A DNA stretch of 64,000 nt from Eledone cirrhosa. Lineage: Eukaryota. Of this stretch, positions 1 through 64,000 are shown in pieces (positions within the stretch are counted from its first letter, which is position 1; every line of letters starts with the position of its first letter). The stretch is taken from NCBI GenBank assembly GCA_964016885.1, contig OZ024740.1, positions 271,684,001-271,748,000 on the forward strand, in the 5' to 3' direction. Made by a program: the position numbers and the translations under genes. The notes beneath the pieces were generated by a model. That model had not been told where the DNA came from. It made no database searches and saw only the letters and a program-made list of their open reading frames with translations.

Positions 1-166
1 TATCTTCAAATTAGCAATAAATAGGTACAATATGAGGAAGTCAAACAAAAGCCAATGGATTTAATGTGTAAACATATTCTCAGACTGAGTACGATGGATT
101 GGTAGAATCATGAGGGTACTGGACAAAATGCTTTTTGTAGCATTTACTTCATATATTCGGAAGTCA

Positions 167-54443
<54,277 letters not shown>

Positions 54444-54460
54444 GGCGACTTACGAAAATT

Positions 54461-54517
54461 TTAAACTGTGTATAATTTTCTTGTATGTCTTTTCTTTTTC
54501 TTTTGGGGTTCAACCAT
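54461..54517 (-). other. Upstream ORF in the UPF1 5' leader (MVEPQKKKKRHTRKLYTV*)
   Basis: gttATGg context, 19 codons, TAA 17 nt upstream of the main ATG. Its presence in the mRNA is inferred. Confidence 0.55.
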
Positions 54518-55019
54518 AACCCAAACAGAAAACAGAACCAAGTGAAATACTGAAATATTGATATATGTATGTATGTGTATATATATATATATATAGATAT
54601 ATATGTATGTATGTATGTGTATATATATATATATGTATATATAAGCAATCAAATAGTGAAACTTATAGGGAAAAAGATAGAGAAACTATCAAAAGGAAAT
54701 ATTACGAATGTCGTTGATAAAACTGATTGCACAGAAATATATATAATGTGTGTGTTAACTGTATGTGGTCAGTGATTTTTTAATTTTTTTTTTCTTATCT
54801 AGGAGCAGTTATCATTTAGTTACACAGAAAAGAAATATATATGTAGGTAGGTATGCACACACAGGCATAAATGCGTGTGTGTATATATATATATTTATAT
54901 ATGTGTGTGTTAAATGGATGTGGTCAGCGATTTTCAAATTTGTGTGTGTTGTAGTTAATTTTTGTTATCTTGGAGCAGTTAATATAGTGTTTGTTTGTTT
55001 TCGAATTTCGTAAGAGTCA

Positions 55020-55300
55020 AGCAGTGGCGTTCTCTCGCAAGCACAACCCTTTCAGCACGCCATTTCCACAGCTGAATGTTGACGTCATAATACTCATGAA
55101 CTAGTGATACCGCAAAAAAATGTGTACCAATAGTGATGACGTAGTAAACAGCGACCATCTAACGTTCACCTCGAGCCACCGAGTCTCTTGTGGAAGAAGT
55201 TGTTAGGAAAGTAATTTTTTTTTTCTTCTTCACACATCTTCCGCATTCAATTGAAGGCAGCGAAGCGCAGCTAAACTCTCAATCATATCAGATGGTAAGT
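55020..55300. promoter_or_regulatory. CpG-retaining promoter region, probably bidirectional
   Basis: Perfect CRE TGACGTCA 55080-55087; second TGACGT near 55137; YY1-type CGCCATTT 55058-55065; TCTCGCAAG 55033-55041 (one mismatch to TCTCGCGAG); about 600 bp upstream of the UPF1 ATG. Confidence 0.6.
55215..55294 (+). other. Candidate first exon of a divergent gene, ending in ATG|GTAAGT
   Basis: Pyrimidine tract, unique CpG-containing leader, ATG 55292-55294 then a perfect donor GTAAGT; no downstream exon recognised in the window. Confidence 0.4.
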
Positions 55301-55759
55301 TAAGTTAATACAGATACACAGTGCTTAGTAATTAATTTACGCATATAGTTTTTAATGTCCCTCTGATATAGGTAAATATTACCCTATCAATAAACAAGTT
55401 AAAAGGCCCGTTCAATGTATTATATTATTGTAGTTAACTTTTGAATTTTGGCTGAAAAACAAACAAGCAAACCATGAATGCGAAATATTTCTTTAAAGTA
55501 ACTAAAATTGCTCGAAGTCTACTTCGGTTTAGATAGAACCGTCGTCTCGAAATGAAACCACGCCTCGTTTCCCATACATGCTGATAGTATGGCATTTTCA
55601 CTTTGGAATACTTTTATTTTGTGTTAATATCATGAAGGATAGGTTAAAAAATAACTTATTTTCGCCCTGTTAGGGTTTAATATAATATTTAGTTGCTGCT
55701 CTCTCTCTCTCTATATATATATATATAATAAGTTGACGGAACCAATGTATATATATATA

Positions 55760-55984
55760 ATGTTTGTGTATGCGAAAAATAAACGGAAACAACAAACAAC
55801 AACGAAGAAAAGTATTAGTTTAGTGCTTGACATAGTAGTAAAATAGTCTTTACGTCTCGGCCACTGGTCCTTCGTCAGTAGATAGAATGAGAATTTAAAA
55901 AATAGAAAGATAGAGAATGCGAAGATGAAAGAACGGTAAAGATTTGAGGCTTGGAAGGATAAGCACATGTATGTCCTCTCAGTC

Positions 55985-55985
<1 letters not shown>
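55760..55985 (-). mobile_element. Short Penelope-terminal-like repeat with a minimal hammerhead motif
   Basis: Minus strand CTGACGA (55878-55872) aggaccagtggcc GAGA CGTA (55858-55851); lies between (TA)n tracts. Confidence 0.55.
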
Positions 55986-56034
<49 letters not shown>

Positions 56035-56126
56035 GCGCACACACTGTTTTCTGTTTATTAAAAATGAAATAAACACTTAAACTTTTTCATTTGAACTGGT
56101 GAATTCAACTATGTTCCTTCTTCACC

Positions 56127-56172
<46 letters not shown>

Positions 56173-56358
56173 CACATATATGTCCGTAACTTTTTTTAAA
56201 GTAATGTTTTTCAATACTGACAGCAATAGCATTCATCTTTGAACAGAAAATTACAAAAGAAATGTACATTCTAAAATGAAACTATTGTGATTAATTTTTG
56301 CCTTTTACTCTCACTTTCTTACAATCTTTCACATTCAAATTGTCTCCCTCCTCTCACA

Positions 56359-56403
<45 letters not shown>

Positions 56404-57029
56404 CATACACACACACACGTAAAAGTATAGGTATACGCGTGGATACACACACATGTATGTATCTATAAACACATGTACATAGATATATAAACACATGTAC
56501 ATAGATATATGCATACGTTTCTTTAGTTCCTTTTGCTCCTTCAGGGCCATTAGGTGACTATATTGAGCGACATATATGTTCATACATACACTTACACAAG
56601 CATATATGCTTACCACGTGTATCTCAGTTGTTAGACTAGCTATACCATATCCTTGCATACCGTCATGCCATAAGACACTACTAAAAGAGTTGCTGTCAGG
56701 AAGGGCATTACCCATTGAACACTGTCTCAAAACATTCGGTACACCTAATTGCTGATCAGGCGCTAACTGGTCTTGCAGGCAGGGCCCCTAAATTAATCAT
56801 TTTGCTACGATAAATATGTAAGAGCCCTCTTGAAGTTTTCAGCTAGACGACCCATGCATACTTAGTCTGAGTATAATTGATACCAACATGGAAAAGCAAA
56901 CATAAAAACGAGGATATATATAAATATGTGTGTGTGTATATATATATATATAGAGAGAGATTCCCAGGTTGTCAGAAGGGGAATAACCACAATTAAAAAA
57001 AGTACTCAATACACTGCTAGGGTATTTCT

Positions 57030-57530
57030 TATCATTTTATGTCCATCTTCGACGCTAGCATGGGTTAGACAGGTTTGTCCCATTTGAGGCAAGTTTGGTC
57101 GGGTGACCGTGTCTCGCTCATATAGGACTGTTTCTAGCTGGTTTTCTACGTCTGGATGCCCTACCTAGTGCCAACCACATTTACAGTGTGTGCTGGGTTC
57201 TTTTTGCCATGTCTCCTACACAACCATTTTACAGTGTGGGCTGGATGTTTTGTAGTATTAACATAACTTTACAGAGTAAGGGTGGTGTAGGGTGTATATT
57301 GGATTAAGAGGTGCCTAAAGGGTAGATCTTCTGTATTACTGCATGGCGCCAAAGATCTCGATCCTGTGTCATTGTCTTAGAGGGTTCAACTGGCCCTACC
57401 CACTCCGTAGCTTCCATCAATTTTGATCGTCCTGCACTTTTTTATACAGCTGTCGTCCTTCATAAGCATCACATGACCATACCAACATAATCTCCTCTCT
57501 GGTAAACTGCATCTGATCCCTCTTATGCCT
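57030..57530 (-). mobile_element. RTE 3' end, degraded
   Basis: WYGHV remnant at ~57470-57490 plus the shared 3' UTR module. Confidence 0.75.
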
Positions 57531-57899
57531 CTTACATATGTTTATCATCATCACTGTTTAACGTCCATTTTTCCATGCTATCATGGGTTAGGCGAGTTGT
57601 CCTGTTGTGGGACAAGCCAGATCAGATGACCGTGTCATATATATATATATAGATGTTCCAACCTTTTCTCTCTCCGAACTTATTTCCTGAAGAAGAACTT
57701 AAGTCTGATACATTGAAACCCTCATTTACTATTTCCCAAACATGAAACCTAATAAGACTTTGTGTTTTTGCATCTGTATTTCTCTTGTTTATTCTTAAAC
57801 TATATATATATATATGCAAAAGGTAAACAGAAATAACAAAGCAAACGGCAGAGTACAGTGAAAAATATATTAGTTTAACGCTTGATTATATATTTATAC

Positions 57900-58940
57900 A
57901 TGATCGTTTTACATCTTTCCATGTTGGTATAGATTGGACAGGTCATTATGGTCCATGAGTAGATGGGCTGGAGTACCACATCTTGCTCATATGCTCCACA
58001 TTTTATCATAGTTCCAATGACTTGATGCCCTTCCTAGCACCAACCACTTTGCATAGTGTACTGGGTGCATATCATTTTGACACCAACACTAGAGAGGTAG
58101 TCAAGTCCATGACAAAACCAGTCTCCCATACATACTATGTAGTCTGTTTGTTTGTCCTCCATATTGTAGGGAATCCTGAGTGCATGCCATCATAATAGTA
58201 ATACTAGAAAGTTTGTCTTATCCATTGCAAGCTGAAGAGACCTCTCCATTCCGTGTAATCTCAGATCTCTCGCCACATTTACTTTTAGCATCAAAATGTT
58301 TGTACGGCAAAACACCAGTCAATTCATTACTTTTATCTCTTTGTAGAGTTCAGTTTCTTGAAGTCATTCTTTACAACTTCATCCCATGTCTTCATTGGTC
58401 TCCCTTTTCCACAGGTTCCATCAACTTCAAGCACTCTGCACTTTTTTATTTTTATTCAACTCTCAATCTTATGCACCACATGTCCATACCAGTACAATCA
58501 TCCCTGTTTCACACTACATCTTACACTCAGCTTTTTGCTCAGCTCACTTGTGTTCTGACATTCATACACAGTGACATTGCATATCCAATGGAGTATTTAT
58601 GCTTTATTCAAATCTTCTGCACTTATGACTCACGTCTTGCTGCCATGTAGCATAGTAGTTCAAATGCAAGCATCATATGATGTGCCATCAGAGGTAATAA
58701 CACTGAAATTCTTTCATCCGAATCTCACACTGGCTACAACACTTGCAATACATCCACCCTCATTGCTAATCAGGTCACCTTGATGGCAATAACCATCTAC
58801 TAATTCTAGCAAGCCTTCTTGGCATTTGCAGGAGTTTATTTCCTAAGTAACATGAATGTTGACTACTCCTGTATACCCATCACATATGAAGCCCACCTTC
58901 CCCTTTTAACCTCTTTGTGATCCCACTACATCTCTTGTGC
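57900..58940 (-). mobile_element. Old degraded RTE LINE
   Basis: WYGHV, GRP..TWDEV, LGDLISNEGGC and KRCSGI remnants. Confidence 0.7.
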
Positions 58941-58944
58941 TGTA

Positions 58945-60560
58945 TTTTCAGGTTTCTCATCGGGAGTGTGAAAACATTTTTATATTGTTCATTCAGTACT
59001 TCACTTATCCTTTGTGGGTTTGCGGTCAATGAGCCATTTTTATGGAAAAGTGACCCTATCCTATAGTGTACCAAATCGGTCTCTTTTTGTGAATTTAAAG
59101 AAGGCCTTAGGGTTTGTTTTTCTATTTTCTGTAGCCCTGGCTTCCATTTCTGCTCTTCCCTTTTCATAAGAATGTCTGTGTTCAGTTTCAATTTCAAACA
59201 GTGCCTGTTTCAAATGGGATTCTTCCTTATTCTTGTATATTTAGCCGGTTTGAGATCTTCGATCTGTCTCTGGAATAATATTTTTGTGTCTGTTGGCCTT
59301 TCTTTCCAGGGCAGACTTAAAGAATATGGTTTGTATTGTCATGGAATGTTGAAGTTGCAGTCTTGCTTAGTGACTCTTAGTCCAGTTATGCTTCAAGCTC
59401 TCTTCCTAAATTCTTTCCCAGTTAGCTTTGTGGACATTTAGCCTGGATAGAATCCGGATGCTTCCTGTTGACTGTATGTTGTTCTATTGTGTTATGATCT
59501 AAGAACATCATCAGTGTCACTTTTACATTGTGGATAAGTACTGTGAGCAGATATCCACAACATTCTCACCTCTTGTTGGGTGTAGTACCATCTATTCCAT
59601 GAACAGTCTGTTAGTCTTTGTTAATGTGCTGCCATTCCTTGGGAATTTGACCTTTGGGAGATTAAAGTCTCTCAGTAGTAGTATAATGAGACATTGATCT
59701 AGTTTGGTTAGTACTGCTTCCTCTTTCTGGGGCTATCTTTGAACTTGTCCTCTTGACTAGGGGTGTCTAGTGGTCGATATGTGACACATATTACATGTAT
59801 AAAGCAACCCCACCACGAGTTCTTTCACTCTTGTCAGTAGGAAATACAGCATGCTTTGGTTTGTGTATTTCTGCATCTGCTATGCTAGCTGTCAGGTGTG
59901 TTTCAGTTTGTGCCATGTGTATTGCTTGGGGCTAGGTCTTTCAGGTAGGGGATTTTGGTCATGATGGTAAGTTTTACTAGGCTCTGACATTTAGCTGTAA
60001 CACTGGTGTAGTATTTAGGGTGTCAGCAGTGGCTGCTGCTATGACATTTGGATGGGTGTCAGTGGTAGCTACCCTGGGCCCTTTATTTGTGGTGGTCTTG
60101 AATATTGGTATAAATGACTTTGGCTTTGTTGTAGCCAAGTCAATTGTTTTACAATCTTTTCTGCCTTGTCTAAAAAGGATAGTTGCTCTGCTGCTACAGT
60201 CTATACTGCATCTGCATACTCTCAGGACAGTATGTGCAGCATTAGCATATTTCTTGGTCAGTGACTTTGATTGCTGTTGTATGTCCATGCTGGTTTCAGT
60301 TGGAGTATTTGGGATAAGCCAGTTGGGCGCAGATTACATGGAATCTGGAGTGAACGAACCTGCTACCTGTTGATGCTTCTGCATGCCAGCAGGTCCCCTT
60401 CTAAAAATTTTAGAGTATTTGACCTTTCTTTTTCTCGGGGTCTCTGTTTCTCCTAGTTCTGTTCTTTGATTTAACATTTGTCCATTGGTCACTTCTTGCC
60501 TGTTCCTTATAGGGGTCTGCCTGGTAGCTCTTTATTTACCTTTGCTGTGTTCTGGTTTCT
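58945..60560 (-). mobile_element. Old degraded CR1/Jockey-group LINE (endonuclease and linker remnants)
   Basis: ISEVLNEQYKNVFT and DFNLP remnants; many stops. Confidence 0.55.
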
Positions 60561-60639
60561 TTTTGTTCACTTGGCTTGTCTCCATTGTCATAGTCTGCAT
60601 ATATATGTTATAATCATCATCACTGTTAATATTATGTGT

Positions 60640-63600
60640 ATCATCATCATCATCATCATCGTTTAACGTCCATCTTCCACGCTTGCATGGGTTTGGACGG
60701 GAGTTTTCCCACTTGAGGCAAGAGTGGTTGTCTTGCTTGCATAGGACGGTCTGGTGGGTTTTCTACGGCTGGATGCCCTTCCTAACACCAACCACGTTTA
60801 CAGTGTGGACTGGGAGGTTTTTACCGTGTTACCTACACAGCCACATTACAGCGTGGACTGTGTATTTTTTTGTCGTGACACCTACACGACCTCATTTGTT
60901 TCGGACTGGATGTTGTGGTACCGACAACTTTACATTGAATGGGTGGGGGTAGTGGGACGGGGGTGTATTTTTGTTAGAGGTGCCTACTGACTGTAGGTTT
61001 CGCTTTGCACTTAGGCAAGGCGGGTCTTCTGTATTACTGCGTAGCGCCAAAGATCTCGGTCCAGTGACATTGTCTTGGAGAGGTGTAAGTGTGTGAGGTC
61101 GGAATTTATCAAGTCATCCCAGGTTTTTCTGGGTCTGCTTACTCCGTGGCTACCATCTATTTTTATTGCCCTGCACTTTTTTATACAGCTGTCATCTTTC
61201 ATGCGCATCACGTGACCATACCAACGTAGTCTTCTCTCGAGTAAACAACATCTGATCCCTCTTATTTCTAATTTTTCCCTTAGTTCGTTTATGCTTTGCC
61301 GTTCACATATATTACTATTACACATCCAGCGGAGCATGCAAGCTTCGTTCCTCACCAGTCTGCGTATATCCTCTGCACACAATGCCCAGGTCTCACCGCC
61401 ATGCAACATTGCTGTTCGTATGCAGGCATCATACAGCCTGCCTTTCATTTTTAGAGAGAAGCCTTTAGTGGCTAATAGTGGTATAAGCTCTCTGAACTTT
61501 TTCCATCCAGTTCTGACTCTAGCTACTGTACTTTCAGAGCACCCTCCACCACTGCTGATTTTGTCACCCAAGTAACGGAAGGTATCCACTATTTCTATAG
61601 AACCATCTGTGCAATGGAATGAGCTAGTATTCTGTGGGCACTTGCTGCCACTTATTGCACCAGAGAACCGGCCACATATAAAATCTATATTCTTAGTTAG
61701 CTTACCTGTGATCCCACTACATCTTTTATACACCCATACTTTGCATTTGGGACATAAAATGGAGTTTCTACCTACTCCTTTCCTACACACTGAGCATGGC
61801 CATTTACCAGAGGGGACCAGTGCCCTATTTTCCTTCCTACAAACTAGAACTTTAGTCTTAGACAGGTTAATTTTAAGGCCTTTTAATTCTAGGCCATGCT
61901 TCCATGTTTGGAATTTCTTCTCTAGTTCAGCCATTGATTCAGCTATGAGCGTTAGATCATTTGCGTATAGGAGTTCCCATGGGCAGCCAGTCTTGAACTC
62001 CTCTGTTATAGCCTGAAGGGCAATAATAAATAGTAGGGGGCTAAGAACGGAGCCCTGATGAACACCAACTTTTACGCTAAACTCTTCACTATATTCGTTG
62101 TTAATTCTAACCTTGCTGACTGTTTATTTATACATGGCTTGTATAGCTCTCACAAGCCATTCATCAACACCTAGTTTTCTAAGAGCCCACCAGATAATGG
62201 AACGGGGGACTCTGTCAAAGGCTTTCTCCAAGTCAACAAAAGCTAAGTATAGGAGTTTACTTTTAGCTAGGTACTTCTCCTGTAGTTGTCGTACAATGAA
62301 AAGAGCGTCTGTGGTACTTTTACCTGACACAAACCCGAACTGCATTTCATCTAGATCAATTCACTCTCTGATTAGTTGCGCTATTACTTTTTCTGTCACC
62401 TTCATGACCTGGTCAATTAATTTAATGCCTCTAAAGTTACCCCTATCTAGGGCATCTCCTTTACCCTTGTAGCAGTTAATGATGATGCTGCTACGCCAGT
62501 CCTTCGGAACAACCCCATTCTATATGACTTGGTTTACTATCCGGGTGACCATGGTGTGTCCCACCGTTCCAGAAGCTTCAGCATTTCAGCAACTATTTCC
62601 GAAGGCCCAGCCGCGTTACCCGTCTTCATATCTTTGATTGCCTTACTTATTATACTACCTTCGACTAACACTGCTGGTCCCTCTATTGGATCGATGTAGG
62701 GGAGACTGTCTTTCTCCCATTTATTCTCCTCATTTAGTAGCCTTTTGTAGTGACACTTCCAAGCTACCTTCTTGTCAGTGTCTTTAATGATGATGGTGTA
62801 CACCATCATCATTAAAGACACACTTCTCCCCGACAATATCACGGTTTTCCTTGACACATTGCCTAGCAATCCTGAACACCTCACGTTTTTGGTCCTCGCG
62901 TTGTAGAACATGCTTAACTTTCTTTCCTCTGCTTCCCTTCTTGCGAAGTACACTTCTCTCCTAGCTTCCCTCCTGGCCACTTGATAGTCTTCTCTACTTC
63001 CCCCATCCCGCCATACTTTCCAAGCCTGCTTTTTGGCCTTAATTGACTCCTCCACCTTACTGTTCCACCACCATGTTACTCTCCTCCTGCCTATAGGCCT
63101 GCTCCAGCCACAGACTTCGTCTGCCGCCATCAGCAGGTTTGCTTTCAGGAATTCCCACTGTTCCTCTATATTGTACGACTCTATTTGCTCTTCCTTACTG
63201 TCGAAAGCATCAAGTAATATGCTTTTAAATTTATTACTGGCTGTGGAGTCCTTTAGCTTCCATATTTTTCTCCTGAGGATAGTCCTCTTCTGTTGTCGAG
63301 TATGTCTTGTCCTGACTATGAGGTCGCTAATTATCAGTCTATGTTGGGAGGTGCATTCTTCATGGGGAGGGATTTAGTGTTTACAACAGACACTCTGTCA
63401 CGTCTTCTGGTAAGGATATAATCTACCTGGCTGGTATGTTCCCCTGATCTGTAGGTGATCAAGTGATTGTCTCGTTTTTTGAAGTTAGTGTTACAGATAG
63501 TTGGGTTATTTACGTCACAGAATTCCAGGATTCTGGAGCCTTCCTCATTTCTAGTACCAAACCCATAGCCTCCATGGATTCCGTCATAGCCGTCACAATG

Positions 63601-64000
63601 TTGTCCAACGTGACCATTTAGGTCGCCAGCAATAATTATATAGTCACTGTCGGTTATTTGGGAGGTAGTGAGCATCAGTGTCTCATAGAATCTGTCTTTT
63701 ATAGCGCCAGGCAGTCCGGATTGGGGTGCGTACGCAGATATTACTGTCACAGTAGTTCTATTTAGAACAAGTCTTATTTTAATTATTCTGTCATTCACTC
63801 TATTTACGTCTATTATCTTATCCACCCATTTTTCTGCTAACATGATTCCTACCCCACCCAGCCCATTGTCATTTCCCACCCAGAAAAGCTTATAGCATCG
63901 TTTTTTACCCACAATGAATCTAGCAGACCCGCCCCTCCACCTGGTCTCTTGGATACAGCAAACATCAACCTTCTTACGTTCAAGCATTTCTACAACCGTG
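60640..64000 (-). mobile_element. Long RTE-clade LINE (APE + RT + PHD-type finger), runs off the right edge; inactive copy
   Basis: QETRW, SAYAPQ, GDLNGHVG, GYGFG.RN.EG, QVDYIL; QFGF, DLEKAFD; YADD mutated to YAND (~61957-61968); frameshifts; (GAT)n tail. Confidence 0.95.

Noticed and set aside
59977-60373. ORFs of 103 and 117 aa as host genes
   Set aside because: They lie within a degraded LINE region, are low-complexity and have no recognisable domain

Overview
AT-rich, microsatellite-rich animal genomic DNA. The SINE/RTE repertoire suggests an octopod cephalopod, which is an inference from recognised repeat families and not a database result. The one host protein-coding gene I can reconstruct is UPF1/RENT1, the NMD RNA helicase, on the minus strand. 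It has 13 GT-AG coding exons from ATG 54443 down to 268 (2134 nt, 711 codons, all intron phases consistent) and continues off the left edge; intron 1 is 32,744 bp. Introns and the upstream flank hold RTE LINEs (with a PHD-type finger), a near-intact young CR1-like LINE, a Naiad-type Penelope-like element, a decayed piggyBac, tRNA-derived SINEs, MITEs and Helitron-like elements. The promoter near 55.0-55.3 kb looks bidirectional. Top leads: (1) a hammerhead ribozyme with palindromic stem III and a ~100-nt stem II at the Penelope 3' end, hit twice by SINEs, plus other hammerhead remnants; (2) candidate NMD-autoregulatory features in UPF1 itself (strong-Kozak polybasic uORF, a GTAAGT donor just before the start codon, a putative 43-nt poison exon); (3) inverted RTE copies bracketing a frame-preserving 204-nt exon pair, and a ~270-bp foldback in the pre-mRNA. 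All folds and alignments were done by eye; repeat boundaries without TSDs are approximate.
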